Shown piece after piece: positions 1-10,572 of a stretch of 64,000 nucleotides of DNA. Position numbers and translations under genes: made by a program. This DNA comes from Deltaproteobacteria bacterium. GTDB taxonomy: Bacteria > Desulfobacterota > Dissulfuribacteria > Dissulfuribacterales > DYLC01. The first letter of the stretch is position 1. Each line of letters begins with the position of its first letter. The stretch is taken from positions 5,155-69,154 of the forward strand of contig JAQVIJ010000007.1 in assembly GCA_028695735.1 (NCBI GenBank). Reading direction: 5' to 3'. The notes under the pieces are model-generated. The model searched no databases. It was given only the letters and a program-made list of their open reading frames with translations, and had not been told where the DNA came from.

Positions 1-787
1 CGGTACCGACCAGAAACAGCGCAAATGAACCCTGGAGTGGAACCCCGAGCCAGCCCTGCACGACAAAGACAAGAGACAAAGCCGACGCGGTCAGCACCAC
101 CAGACCCATGGACCAGACTTTGCTCAGCATGATTTCAAGCGGCGTCACGGGCATCACGAGCAGGTGCTCTACGGTGCCGTGTTCGCGTTCGCGGATCAAG
201 GCGGCACCCGTGAGAACAATGGCCAGCATCGTCACGTTATTGATGACCCCCATCACGGTGGCGAACCAGGATTTGTTAAGCTCGGGGTTGAATCGCGCCC
301 GCAGGTTAATATCCACCGGCAATGTGGGAATTGTCCGGTAGCGTTGGACAAAGGCGCTCACTTCTTCATTGATGATAGTCTGGATGTAACCGCTGCCGGT
401 AAAAGCCTGGCTCATGCGGGTGGCATCGACATTGAGCTGAATCGTCGGCTGCCGCCCGGCCAGGACGTCCCTCTGAAATTCAGGGGGAATATTGATCGCG
501 AAGGTATCGAGACCGGCGTCCATTCGCGCATCCATTTCGGCCTGGTTGATGACCTTCGGAGCCAGGAAATAAGGTGGATAAAAGGCATCGGTGATACGTT
601 GGGAAAGGGGTGAACGGTCCTCGTCGACGACGGCGATAGGAGCCTTGTGAAGCGTCTCGGGTATGGCCGTGGCCCGGGTGTAGATCGACAAGGTGAATAC
701 ATAGATCACCAACACCAGCATGGTGGGGTCGCGCAGCAGGCTGAACAATTCCTTGACGCCAAGATGCAGTACATGCTTGAGGTGCAT
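1..787 (-). CDS. yhhJ: ABC-2 type transporter permease YhhJ-like (3' end runs off the window)
   Basis: Not in the ORF track. Manual translation from ATG at 787 gives MHLKHVLHLGVKELFSLLRDP...REREHGTVEHLLVMPV, a YhhJ-type permease. Directly follows rbbA. Confidence 0.88.
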   Translation of the reverse strand, partial: MHLKHVLHLGVKELFSLLRDPTMLVLVIYVFTLSIYTRATAIPETLHKAPIAVVDEDRSPLSQRITDAFYPPYFLAPKVINQAEMDARMDAGLDTFAINIPPEFQRDVLAGRQPTIQLNVDATRMSQAFTGSGYIQTIINEEVSAFVQRYRTIPTLPVDINLRARFNPELNKSWFATVMGVINNVTMLAIVLTGAALIREREHGTVEHLLVMPVTPLEIMLSKVWSMGLVVLTASALSLVFVVQGWLGVPLQGSFALFLVGT

Positions 788-790
788 GAC

Positions 791-3559
791 TCAGCGCTCC
801 TGCTTTTTCAACAACAGGGCCGAAAGCCCGATCAGAACGGGAACGGCGATCACAAGAGGCAAAAAAGCATTCCAGAGATCGGGGAACCCCAGCGCCTTGG
901 AAAAGGTGCCGCGGGAAATGGTGAGGAAATGGGTTGTCGGATAGATCTCGCCGATGAGTCTTGCCGAGCCCTCCAGTGACGACACCGGGTCGAGCATGCC
1001 GGAATATTCGGCTGCCGGCAGCAGGGTTAGTACGGCGGTGGCAAAAAGCGCCGCGATCTGGCTGCGCATGAAGGTGGAGAGCAAAAGCCCCAAGGCGGTG
1101 GCAGCGCTCACGTAGAGCAGTGCGCCGAGGGTGAGGGCGGCAAAGCTACCCGTGAAGGGCACGCGAAACAGGGTCACGGCCATCAGTGTGAGCAGCAGGA
1201 AACTCGCCAGGGAGAGAGCAATATAGGGCGCTTGCTTACCGAGCAGGAATTCCAGGCTGGTAGTGGGTGTGACGTAAAAATTGATGATGGAGCCGAGCTC
1301 TTTCTCGCGCACCACCGCGAGCGCGGCCAACATGGCCGGAATGAGCATCAGCAGCAGCGGGATGACCGCCGGCACCATGGCCACCAGGCTTTTTACATCA
1401 GGATTGTAGCGGAAACGGGTCTCGATGTTTACCAGTCCGGCCAGCGCCTGGCCGTGACCGGCTTCGCGAGCTTTTCGCGAAAGCCAGTGGGCATGCATGC
1501 CGCGTACATACGCCTGGATGGTTTCCGCCCGTGTCGGCATGGCGCCATCGATCCAGGCACCTATTGAAACCGGCCGGCCACGGGCGAGGTCCCTGCCAAA
1601 TCCAGGAGGAATCTCTATAGCCAGTGCCAGTTTACCGGCACGCATCCGCTGGTCCAGATCCTGGTAATCGCGGATGGGCTCCTTTTCGATGAAATAACGC
1701 GAGCCGGCGATATTCAAGACATAATCATGGCTGATGGCTGTCTGGTCCCGGTCCAGGACGGCGACGGTCAGGTCTTCCACGTCCATGGTGATGCCGTAAC
1801 CCATCACCAGCATCAGGATCACGCTGCCGAGCAGGGCGAGTGTCAGCCGGATAGGGTCGCGTATCAGTTCCAATGTTTCGCGCCGGGCGTAGCTCAGCAT
1901 GCGACGGGGGTCGAAGAGTCGCGGCTTGCCGGTATGAGCGTTGTCACGAGATCCGGTTGAAGTCGTTTGGTCTTCCATCTCCTCGCCCCTTTCCTCCCCC
2001 TTGTCATTCGCGGCACGCTCCAGGTAGGCGACAAAGGAATCTTCCAGGCTCTTCGCGCCGTGTTGTGCGGCAAGTTCATCAGGGGTACCCACCGCCAGCA
2101 CCTGGCCGGCGTGCATCAGGGATATGCGGTCACAGCGTTCCGCCTCGTTCATGAAATGGGTGGAGATAAAGATTGTCACGCCGTCGCGCCGCGACAGCTC
2201 CCCCAGAGACTCCCAGAACGCATCACGCATGATCGGATCCACACCGGAGGTCGGTTCGTCCAGGATCAACATCTCGGGCTTGTGAATCATGGCCACCGCC
2301 AGCGAAAGACGCTGGCGCACCCCGAGCGGTAAGGCCGCGGGCAATTTACCCATCACGTCGAGCAGACCAAAACGAGCGGCGATTTCCTGGGTGCGTTGTT
2401 CGATTTCTTCAGCGGGAACCTCGAACAGGCGGGCGTGAAGCCGCAGGTTTTGCCGAACGGATAACTCGGAATAAAGAGAAAAGGATTGCGACATGTAGCC
2501 CACCCGGCGACGGGTGTCGAGGTCGCGCGGGTCCACCTCCCGACCGAACAGCCATGCCTGCCCTTCGGTGGGTGGCAGGAGGCCCGTGAGCATCTTCATG
2601 GTGGTGGTTTTGCCGCAACCGTTGGATCCCAAAAAACCGAAAATCTCGCCCCGGCGAATACGAAAATTCACTTTGTCCACGGCGGTAAAGGTGCCGAATC
2701 GCATGGTGAGGTCTTTGGCCTCGATGGCGATTTCACCGTCGATTTCGTCCTCGAGCGGTGGAATTACCACCTTGCGATGCTTGCGCCGCTTCTCCTCCGG
2801 CAATAGGGCGATAAAGGCCGCTTCCAGCGACTCGGTTCCGGTTTGCCGTAGCATTTCCTCGGGCCGCCCGGCGGCAAGCACTCGGCCCGCGTCCATGGCC
2901 ACCAACGTATCGAAACGCGCCGCTTCCTCCATGTAGGCGGTGGCCACCAGCACCGACATGCCGGGGCGTGTGGCGCGAATACGCCCGATCAGCTCCCAGA
3001 ACTGGCGCCTCGACAGCGGGTCCACTCCGGTGGTGGGCTCATCGAGAATCAGCAGGTCCGGATCATGGATCAGCGCGCAACAAAGGCCCAGTTTCTGCTT
3101 CATGCCGCCCGAGAGCTTGCCGGCGGGGCGATCAATGAAGGGTGCCAGCCCCGTGGCCCTGGTCAACTCTATGATTCGGCGTCGGCGCTCTAGCCGGTCT
3201 TGACCAAAAAGCCGGGCAAAGAAATCGATGTTGTCGAAAACGGACAGAGTCGGGTAAAGGTTTTTCCCCAGGCCTTGAGGCATGAACGCGATGCGCGGAA
3301 GAATGCGTCGGCGTTCAGCGGCGTTGGCCATATCGACACCGAGCACCTCGATCCGGCCATCCTGAATCTTGCGTGCCCCCGCGATCAGCGCCAGCAGGCT
3401 GGACTTGCCCACCCCGTCCGGTCCGATAAAGCCGACCATGCAACCCGCCGGGACATCAAGGCAGATGTTGGCCAGCGCCCGCACCTTCCCATAGCGCAAA
3501 TTGACATCATCAAGCCTTGCAACCGTTTTTTCAGCGGCATTGAAACGGCTTTCGCTCAT
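791..3559 (-). CDS. rbbA: Ribosome-associated ATPase/ABC transporter RbbA (two ABC domains plus a permease domain)
   Basis: Two Walker A motifs ([16 protein letters not shown]), LSGGMKQ signature, two DEPT motifs and a C-terminal ABC-2 membrane domain. Start at MSESRF overlaps the upstream stop. Confidence 0.93.
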   Translation of the reverse strand: MSESRFNAAEKTVARLDDVNLRYGKVRALANICLDVPAGCMVGFIGPDGVGKSSLLALIAGARKIQDGRIEVLGVDMANAAERRRILPRIAFMPQGLGKNLYPTLSVFDNIDFFARLFGQDRLERRRRIIELTRATGLAPFIDRPAGKLSGGMKQKLGLCCALIHDPDLLILDEPTTGVDPLSRRQFWELIGRIRATRPGMSVLVATAYMEEAARFDTLVAMDAGRVLAAGRPEEMLRQTGTESLEAAFIALLPEEKRRKHRKVVIPPLEDEIDGEIAIEAKDLTMRFGTFTAVDKVNFRIRRGEIFGFLGSNGCGKTTTMKMLTGLLPPTEGQAWLFGREVDPRDLDTRRRVGYMSQSFSLYSELSVRQNLRLHARLFEVPAEEIEQRTQEIAARFGLLDVMGKLPAALPLGVRQRLSLAVAMIHKPEMLILDEPTSGVDPIMRDAFWESLGELSRRDGVTIFISTHFMNEAERCDRISLMHAGQVLAVGTPDELAAQHGAKSLEDSFVAYLERAANDKGEERGEEMEDQTTSTGSRDNAHTGKPRLFDPRRMLSYARRETLELIRDPIRLTLALLGSVILMLVMGYGITMDVEDLTVAVLDRDQTAISHDYVLNIAGSRYFIEKEPIRDYQDLDQRMRAGKLALAIEIPPGFGRDLARGRPVSIGAWIDGAMPTRAETIQAYVRGMHAHWLSRKAREAGHGQALAGLVNIETRFRYNPDVKSLVAMVPAVIPLLLMLIPAMLAALAVVREKELGSIINFYVTPTTSLEFLLGKQAPYIALSLASFLLLTLMAVTLFRVPFTGSFAALTLGALLYVSAATALGLLLSTFMRSQIAALFATAVLTLLPAAEYSGMLDPVSSLEGSARLIGEIYPTTHFLTISRGTFSKALGFPDLWNAFLPLVIAVPVLIGLSALLLKKQER

Positions 3560-4629
3560 TCTGGCATCCTGACCTGCAACTCTGGCGGCCATGCCATTTC
3601 TGGATCCAGCCGCACGTACGCCATTCCCGGCAAACCGGTCTTGATCTGGCTCATATATTGACGCAGCAGCGCTGGATCGATCTGGGCCTTGACCCGGAAC
3701 ATCAGCTTCAGGCGCTCCTCCGTTGTTTCCACCGTTTTCGGGGTAAACTGGGCCACGTCGGCAACGAATGAGATCGCGGCTGGGATGACGTATTGCGGGG
3801 CGGCATCGAGCACAAGGCGCGCTTCGGCCCCCAGCGCCACCCGACCGGCGGTTTTTGTCGGCAGGAAGAAGGTCATGTAGACATCGGTGAGGTCTATCAT
3901 GTTCAGGACAGTGCCGCCGGAGGCCAGCACCTCACCGGGCTGGGCCACCCGGTATTGCACCCGCCCTTCCCGCGGCGCCTTCAGCACACTGTCCTCGATG
4001 TCTGCCTGGATCCGCTCAAGCATCGCCCTGGCCGCTTCAACATCGGCTTGCGCACCGATCACCTGGGATTTCGCCGTGGCAATGGCCGCTTCCGTCTTGG
4101 CAACTTCGGCCTCAGCGGCGCGAAGCATGGCCTCGGCGCTGAGAAAAGCGGCTCGATCGTTGTCGAATTGCTGTTGGGAAACCGCCTTGCTGGCGACCAG
4201 CGATCGCGACCGCTCCAGCCGAATCCGGGTCACCTCGACCTCGGCCTCACGCTGCGCGACCACCGCCAGCGCGGCCTTCTTCTCGCTTTGCCGCTGTACG
4301 ACCTGGCTGTTGGCGATCAACACCGCGTTTTCCGCCTGACGCAAGCGGGCCAGCGCCTCTCTCTGCTGCGCCTCCAGAACGGCGGTGTCCATCTTGGCCA
4401 GCACCTGCCCGGTCTCGACGTAATCGCCTTCGTCCGCAAAGATCTTCTCGACCCGCCCGGCTCTCGGCGTGGCGATATCGATCTCCACCGCTTCGATGCG
4501 TCCGTTGCTGCTCGCGATTCGCTCATCGAGCCCATCGCCCTGAAAATACTGCCAAAGAAACAGCGCTGCCCCCACGGCAAGGCCAAGAATCAGGGCGACT
4601 ACCGTCCACTTTTTAATGAGAATATTCAA
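3556..4629 (-). CDS. yhiI: HlyD-family membrane fusion protein (YhiI-like)
   Basis: N-terminal TM helix, [12 protein letters not shown], coiled coil, [13 protein letters not shown] start at 4629 has GGAGG upstream; the longer ORF-track start overlaps hsdR. Confidence 0.88.
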   Translation of the reverse strand: MNILIKKWTVVALILGLAVGAALFLWQYFQGDGLDERIASSNGRIEAVEIDIATPRAGRVEKIFADEGDYVETGQVLAKMDTAVLEAQQREALARLRQAENAVLIANSQVVQRQSEKKAALAVVAQREAEVEVTRIRLERSRSLVASKAVSQQQFDNDRAAFLSAEAMLRAAEAEVAKTEAAIATAKSQVIGAQADVEAARAMLERIQADIEDSVLKAPREGRVQYRVAQPGEVLASGGTVLNMIDLTDVYMTFFLPTKTAGRVALGAEARLVLDAAPQYVIPAAISFVADVAQFTPKTVETTEERLKLMFRVKAQIDPALLRQYMSQIKTGLPGMAYVRLDPEMAWPPELQVRMPE

Positions 4630-4667
4630 CTGCACCTCCCAGGTCTCTGTAATTGAACAAAACAGCG

Positions 4668-7661
4668 TTATTGTCCATGGCTCGCTCCTATTGTGGATTG
4701 TCCGGCCTGTTGCTGATAGGTCACGCCAAAGACGGTGTCGCCCAGCCATTTCTTGAACGACGGATTGTCGCTGAACTGCTTGAACAGCTCGGTGTAGTCG
4801 GCTAAGAGGTCGATCATGACGCGCTGCAAGGCAGCGTCGTGCTCGATCCGGGCGGTCTTCTTGTCGTTGTTCTTCATAGCGTTCTGGTAGGCCGGGTCCG
4901 CTGCGACCTTGGCCGGGATCTCCTCGGCGATGACCTTGCGGATCTTGTCGGCGTCCTTCCACTCGATGTTGCCGAACTGGTCGTTGAACGCCTTGATGAT
5001 GTTGCTCAGTTGGTCGAGCTCCGGTTCCGGTTTACGGCCACCGCCGCTGGTTGGCACCGGCCCAATTTCGGCATCCTGGTCTTCAAGGCTGATCTTCAGG
5101 CTGGCTTTCACCTCGACACGGTAGCTGTCCATGTCGATGGCCTCCAGCATGCCCCGGGACAAATCCTCTTCCTTCGGTGCGGGGAGTTTTGGAATCAGGA
5201 AATTCAGAAAGATCGACAGCTTTTCCCAGTCGGTATTCGAGTATGGCAGGATCGAGGCCAGAAAGCCGTAAGTGCGGACGAAAGCCTTGGCCTTGCCCTT
5301 GAAGTCCACCTGGCCGTCCTCATCAAGATCGGCGTTGTAGGTGGCCACGCAGGCGTCCAGGATTGGGTCGAGCTTGTCGCGGTCTGCGCCATGCAGATAG
5401 AGCTTCACCAGGTCGTCGATTTGCGCCTGCGAATAGACCTGATAGCCGTCCAGATCCGCCTTGAGGTCGTGGAGCTTGTTGGGGTCGGTCTCGTCACTGA
5501 GGATGGTGGTGCGGTAATAGGGCTCGAACGACTTCTGGATGGTCTCCGAGTCATTGTAGAAATCGAGCACAAAGGTGTCGTGCTTCTGCGGATGGGCGCG
5601 ATTGAGCCGCGAGAGGGTCTGCACCGCCTTGATGCCAGAGAGCGCCTTGTCCACGTACATGGTGTGCAGCAAGGGTTCGTCGTAGCCGGTCTGGAACTTG
5701 TCGGCAACGATCAGGAAGCGGTACGGGTCCTGTTTTATCTTGTCCGTAATCTGGCTGCTCGGGAATCCATTTAGCATCGACTCCGTCACCTTCTTGCCAC
5801 CAAACTCGTGTTCGCCGGAAAAGGCCACAATCGGCTGATACGGGCTCTTGCGCTCTTTGAGGTAATCCTTGAAGGCGTGGAAATACTGAATGGCCCTCTC
5901 GATACCGTTGGTGATGACCATGGCCCGGGCCTGGCCGCCGATCTTGCGGTGACCGATCACTTGGGCGTGGAAATGGTCCACCATGATCTCCGCTTTCTCG
6001 CGGATGGCATGCTCGTGGGATTCCACATAGCGGCGCAGCTTTTTCTGGGCTTTCTTGGCGTCGAAGAGCGGGTCGTCCTCCACCGTCTTGGTCAGGCGGT
6101 AATAGCTCTCCACCGGAGTGTAGTTCTTCAGCACATCGAGGATGAAGCCCTCCTGGATGGCCTGTTTCATGGTGTAGCTGTGAAACGGCCGGTGCTTTAC
6201 GGTGCCGTCGGGTTGCGGGTCCGGTTCGCCGAAAATCTCCAGGGTCTTGTTCTTGGGGGTCGCGGTGAAGGCAAAGTAGCTGGCGTTGGTCACCATCTTC
6301 CGGCCTTCCATGATCTTGTTGATCTTGTCCTCGAGCGTCTCTTCCTCCTCGGCATCAGCGTCGCCGTAGGGCGGAGTTTCTTCCAGCACACGGTTCATGG
6401 CGGCGGTAGTCTTGCCGCCCTGGCTGGAATGGGCCTCGTCGATGATGATGGCGAATTTGCTCTTGCGGTGTTCATCGCCGATCTCATCGAGGATGAATGG
6501 GAACTTCTGCACCGTGGTGATGATGATTTTCTTCCCGGCCTCGAGGAAGCGGCGCAGGTCGCCGGAGTGTTCAGCATGGCCGACGGTGGCGGAGACCTGG
6601 GCGAACTGCTTGATGGTGCCCTTGATCTGCTTGTCGAGCACGCGCCGGTCAGTGACCACGATGACCGAATCGAACAACGGCTTGCTCTCGCGTTCCAGCC
6701 CCACGAGCTGGTGCGCCAGCCAGGCAATGGAGTTGCTCTTGCCGCTGCCCGCCGAGTGCTGGATCAGGTAGCGCCTGCCGACGCCTCTCTCAGCGGCATC
6801 GGCCAGCAGCATGCGTACTACCTTCAACTGGTGGTAGCGCGGGAAGATCTGCTTGTACCTCTTTTTGCCGGTCTTCTCGTCTTGTTCCTCCACCACCTGG
6901 GCGTAGTTTTCAAGAATGTCGGTCAACCCCGCCTTGGAGAGGATCTCCTTCCACAGGTAGTCGGTGGCCAGCCCATGAGGGTTCGGCGGATTGCCGGCGC
7001 CATCGTTGTAGCCTTTGTTAAAGGGCAGGAACCATGAGTCCTTGCCCTTGAGGTGGGTGCAGAAACGAACCTCGTGATCGTCCACGGCAAAGTGAACAAG
7101 GCAGCGGCCGAATTGGAACAGTAGTTCCTTCGGGTCGCGGTCGCGCTGATACTGCTGCACGGCATCGAGCACCGTCTGCTTGGTGAGCTTGTTCTTGAGT
7201 TCAAAGGTGGCAATGGGCAGGCCGTTGATGAACACGACCATGTCAAGGGAGCGCTCGGGATCAAAGCGGCTGTATCTCAATTGACGCGTGACGCTGAAGA
7301 TGTTGGCGGCGAACCGTTCGGCCGCCTTCACGTTGCCCGGCGTCGGCGTGCCGTAGAAAAGGTCCACTTGGGCCGGGCCGTGCTTGATGCCGGAGCGCAA
7401 ACAGTCCACCACGCCGCGCTTGGCGATCTCCCCTTGCAGGCGGTGCAGAAATTGGGTGCGCTTGGGGCCGTCTTCGTCGATGCCAAGCGCTTCATAGGTT
7501 TTGGGCTGAGTGGCGGCAAGAAATTGCAACAGCTTGGAAGAATCGACGGCATGTTCGCGGTCGTAGTCCTGCGGGTCGCCCTGAACGTATCCGGCATCCT
7601 CCACAAGGGAGGCGACGATGATCGATTCCAGACCCTTTTCGCTGATATCAGTCGATTTCAT
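4668..7661 (-). CDS. hsdR: Type I restriction enzyme R subunit
   Basis: Nuclease motif D-x-ELKN, Walker A HSAGSGKS, DEAH box, FTATP, KFQTGYDEP and QTLSRLNR. Confidence 0.95.
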   Translation of the reverse strand: MKSTDISEKGLESIIVASLVEDAGYVQGDPQDYDREHAVDSSKLLQFLAATQPKTYEALGIDEDGPKRTQFLHRLQGEIAKRGVVDCLRSGIKHGPAQVDLFYGTPTPGNVKAAERFAANIFSVTRQLRYSRFDPERSLDMVVFINGLPIATFELKNKLTKQTVLDAVQQYQRDRDPKELLFQFGRCLVHFAVDDHEVRFCTHLKGKDSWFLPFNKGYNDGAGNPPNPHGLATDYLWKEILSKAGLTDILENYAQVVEEQDEKTGKKRYKQIFPRYHQLKVVRMLLADAAERGVGRRYLIQHSAGSGKSNSIAWLAHQLVGLERESKPLFDSVIVVTDRRVLDKQIKGTIKQFAQVSATVGHAEHSGDLRRFLEAGKKIIITTVQKFPFILDEIGDEHRKSKFAIIIDEAHSSQGGKTTAAMNRVLEETPPYGDADAEEEETLEDKINKIMEGRKMVTNASYFAFTATPKNKTLEIFGEPDPQPDGTVKHRPFHSYTMKQAIQEGFILDVLKNYTPVESYYRLTKTVEDDPLFDAKKAQKKLRRYVESHEHAIREKAEIMVDHFHAQVIGHRKIGGQARAMVITNGIERAIQYFHAFKDYLKERKSPYQPIVAFSGEHEFGGKKVTESMLNGFPSSQITDKIKQDPYRFLIVADKFQTGYDEPLLHTMYVDKALSGIKAVQTLSRLNRAHPQKHDTFVLDFYNDSETIQKSFEPYYRTTILSDETDPNKLHDLKADLDGYQVYSQAQIDDLVKLYLHGADRDKLDPILDACVATYNADLDEDGQVDFKGKAKAFVRTYGFLASILPYSNTDWEKLSIFLNFLIPKLPAPKEEDLSRGMLEAIDMDSYRVEVKASLKISLEDQDAEIGPVPTSGGGRKPEPELDQLSNIIKAFNDQFGNIEWKDADKIRKVIAEEIPAKVAADPAYQNAMKNNDKKTARIEHDAALQRVMIDLLADYTELFKQFSDNPSFKKWLGDTVFGVTYQQQAGQSTIGASHGQ

Positions 7662-7667
7662 CCTTGC

Positions 7668-7791
7668 CCCATCAATTACCCATCAATGAAATACAAGCCA
7701 ACAAAACAAATATAATTCAATAGCTTACGCTTATGTCGGGTCGGCTCAGCCACTATCCCATCAATTACCCATCAATTACCCATCAATGAAA
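7668..7791. repeat. Five CCCATCAAT units at 11-bp period in two blocks; 24-bp direct repeat exactly 100 bp apart
   Basis: CCCATCAATTACCCATCAATGAAA at 7668-7691 and 7768-7791, with an extra unit at 7757-7767. Confidence 0.9.
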
Positions 7792-7792
7792 C

Positions 7793-9259
7793 TTACGCCC
7801 AATAGGGAACATATTTCATCAGTTTCTTTGGGGCTTCTTTGTCAAATGGCTTGATTGTGCCGTCCTCGACTGCCTCCCGGATATATCTGGAAACAGCCGC
7901 CTTGTTTTTCTCCTCGACGCCGAATCGCTTCCTCAGCGAGGCGTTCGTCAGAAAATCGCGCATTACCCATTTCAGACAAGCGTGGAGGTAGCAGGCGCGT
8001 ACCCGGTCTACCCGGTCCATCTCGTTCAACGGCTTATGGGCGAATAGCACCACCCGTGTATTCCCTTCGGGTGCTTCAAAGTAAGGGGCAGGAAGCTGGT
8101 AAAACTCGACCTGGTCCACCACCTTGTCGATACCGCTGCCGCGCTCTTCGCAAATGCGGAACCGCCGCATAAGAGAGGCCAGTGCCTCGTTACGGGATTT
8201 CGGCGGCGAATCAACGAAACGCTGAGTGTCAACCAACGGTTCGCCGGGGTTAGTGATCTCCATCCGGTCGTCGAATATCTCCACCATCGGCCCCGCACCG
8301 GTCACGAACAGGTCCTGATGAATCAATGCGTTGGCTACCAGCTCACGAACCGCCAACTCCGGGAACATGGGCGCCGTCCGCCGCAACGCTTGTTCGATCA
8401 CTTCATTAGTGGGTACCAGTGCCATGATGAAACCGATTAAGCCTTCGAAACCGCTGGCGTAGCCTTTGCTACCGACCTGTTCCCGCAAGGTTTCAACCCG
8501 GCCCCGTCCTTTGTAATGGACCACTCGCATGGCCTTGCGCTTGAGTCCGGGAAATTCATCCAGCTTCTTCGCGAAAAGGATCGCGCCGAGATTGGTGATA
8601 TTCCAGTCCCCTGCATCGCAGGCATGAATCAACTCATCCTTGGCCAGCGCATCTAGGATCGCAGCGCGTCCATCGGGCAACGAGAGCTCCAGCAAGTCAA
8701 AATAGGCGGGATAGTCGAGGAGCTTCAGCACGTTCTCACTGGAGATGTGTTCGGCAGCGACACCGCGCTCGAAGGGAACCTGATCGAATATCCTCCAGAG
8801 CGCGCGTTCTTTCTCCGGATAGTCCTTCAGCTTTTTCTTGTAGGAGCCGACGCGGACGAACTCCTGATGCTTGAACCGCACCGGATGACGGAAGGCAGCG
8901 CCGATCTCCAATAGGACTACCGGTCTTTCCTCTATCGTCAGTTCGAAGAAACAAAAGTTGATCTTGGGATCAAGCATACGCAGCAGCCAACTTTCCAATG
9001 CCTCATTGCCAAGCTTGGTGGCGGCGGGCCTGAATGTAGTCCCGATGATGTCGTGGGTTTCGTTATCCACACCCCAGACTAGATAGGCATTGACCTTACC
9101 CAGAAGTGCCGCTGAATTGGCCAGGGCTGACAGATATTCGCCGATCTGTTCCGGGTCGGCATTGTTGTGTTTAAACTCCACCCACGCTGTTTCAGTGGGC
9201 AGCTTGCGCAGCTCATGCACAAGCCTGACGAGATATTCGGTCGGCCGGTCAACGGTCAT
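7793..9259 (-). CDS. Schlafen/AlbA_2 domain + HATPase_c_4 (RecG C-terminal-like) + wHTH protein
   Basis: N-terminal ETAWVEFK and SALANS; REL(V)ANALIHQD, EITNPG, RNEALA and EERGSGID motifs; C-terminal HTH ending YVPYWA. Confidence 0.85.
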   Translation of the reverse strand: MTVDRPTEYLVRLVHELRKLPTETAWVEFKHNNADPEQIGEYLSALANSAALLGKVNAYLVWGVDNETHDIIGTTFRPAATKLGNEALESWLLRMLDPKINFCFFELTIEERPVVLLEIGAAFRHPVRFKHQEFVRVGSYKKKLKDYPEKERALWRIFDQVPFERGVAAEHISSENVLKLLDYPAYFDLLELSLPDGRAAILDALAKDELIHACDAGDWNITNLGAILFAKKLDEFPGLKRKAMRVVHYKGRGRVETLREQVGSKGYASGFEGLIGFIMALVPTNEVIEQALRRTAPMFPELAVRELVANALIHQDLFVTGAGPMVEIFDDRMEITNPGEPLVDTQRFVDSPPKSRNEALASLMRRFRICEERGSGIDKVVDQVEFYQLPAPYFEAPEGNTRVVLFAHKPLNEMDRVDRVRACYLHACLKWVMRDFLTNASLRKRFGVEEKNKAAVSRYIREAVEDGTIKPFDKEAPKKLMKYVPYWA

Positions 9260-10572
9260 TCTTCGACCTCTACTTCCAGCTCGTCATCGATCACCTCATC
9301 GGCATCGGCGCTGTCCTCATCCAGCGCCAGCAGTTCTTCCTCGGCAACCTCCGGCACCTCGATGCCGCGCACATCCACCTGACCGGTGACCACATCGGCA
9401 ATCAGCCGGGCGCGGTATTCACGGATGAGGGCGATCTCCTTCTCGATCTCACGCCGCACCAATTGTTCTTCGTTGAAGAAATCGCCGACTTCGCGTTGCA
9501 GATGCAGCGGCGGAACCGGAATCTTCTCCTTCAACAACGAGCGCGGGTTCAGTGGACGATTGCGTCCCGCTGCGCCTCGTGAGTGGTGGTTCAGTAGCAG
9601 GTCGCCTGCCTTGCTCAAGAAGAATGTGTAGAGATATTCCGGCGTGACAACATCAAGCATGCACTTGGCAATTGGGTAGCGATGGGATGCGATACACCCA
9701 TCATCCTCGGCATTGGCAACGGCGACTGCGCCTTCCCAAGCGAACTGCCCGCTAAAAATCAGGTCGCCTTTTTCGATCCGGAAGAATGTCGAATCCCCAA
9801 GGTGCTTTCCTTCAGTCAGCGGCTTGTGGAAGATGCCACGACCACGGTTAAACATGCCAATCGGCGTGTATGTCTTCTCCGGCTCTTTAGTAATTGGCTT
9901 CGCCAGAAGCGTGACGACTCGGTCGAGTCGAAGGTATTGAGTTTCTGCCGATGCAATCGCGTGTTCTGCCAGAACCCCCCGCTGCTCTGCCATCAGCGCG
10001 ATGAGCCGCCGCTTGTTGCGGATGAATTTATTGATTTGGGCGGTTTTCCAGTCAAGAAAACGGGCGATTTGGGTTTGTTCGGCTCCATTCGGCATAGGAA
10101 GCATGGATTTCCGCAACCGCTCGTAATCAATGTTCTGCCCTTCGCGTATCCCAGTAACGCAGGTTTTCAGTAGGCCCAAGAAAGGCTTTGACTTAGCTAG
10201 GTGCTTAAAGTAGTTGCGCTCCATTTCCGAGCGCGGAATCATTACAGTGTAGGCAGGGCTAATAATGCCGCGAAAGTATGCCTGCTCTATCCCTCCTTGG
10301 AAAGAACGAAGACTAATCACAAAATCTCCAACCTCGACCAGTTTCAAAAGATGCAGATCTTTCTGTGCAGTAACTGTTCGAGTTTCATACATTGATTTTG
10401 GGACAACGCCTTTTGTTTGAGTTGCTGCCAGCAAGGTTTCGTTGGGGTAGCCTTTCTGCGAGCGCTCATTGAAAAGGTACTTTGTTTTTCGCGTGTCCCA
10501 ATGCGCCGGAATCCTCCCCAGCCACGGGACACCAGAATCCTTGTATTCTGGATAAGGAACCAGTTTCATCAC
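9256..10572 (-). CDS. hsdS: Type I restriction-modification specificity subunit
   Basis: YKDSGVPWLGRIPAHW, two TRDs, P..EQ..IARFLD and IPVPPLHLQ conserved segments, EYRARLIADVVTG. Confidence 0.93.
   Translation of the reverse strand: MMKLVPYPEYKDSGVPWLGRIPAHWDTRKTKYLFNERSQKGYPNETLLAATQTKGVVPKSMYETRTVTAQKDLHLLKLVEVGDFVISLRSFQGGIEQAYFRGIISPAYTVMIPRSEMERNYFKHLAKSKPFLGLLKTCVTGIREGQNIDYERLRKSMLPMPNGAEQTQIARFLDWKTAQINKFIRNKRRLIALMAEQRGVLAEHAIASAETQYLRLDRVVTLLAKPITKEPEKTYTPIGMFNRGRGIFHKPLTEGKHLGDSTFFRIEKGDLIFSGQFAWEGAVAVANAEDDGCIASHRYPIAKCMLDVVTPEYLYTFFLSKAGDLLLNHHSRGAAGRNRPLNPRSLLKEKIPVPPLHLQREVGDFFNEEQLVRREIEKEIALIREYRARLIADVVTGQVDVRGIEVPEVAEEELLALDEDSADADEVIDDELEVEVEE

Noticed and set aside
4630-4962. 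N-terminal extension of the HlyD ORF in the track (468 aa)
   Set aside because: It overlaps hsdR in another frame; the RBS and TM helix point to a TTG start at 4629.
5808-7037. 409-aa plus-strand ORF (also 4839-5774 and 10482-11735)
   Set aside because: Antisense shadows of GC-rich hsdR/hsdM with no recognisable motifs.
7668-7791. Possible CRISPR array (also considered for 33637-33824 and 44241-44355)
   Set aside because: Only two long repeat copies in each case, no regular unique spacers, and no cas genes in the window.
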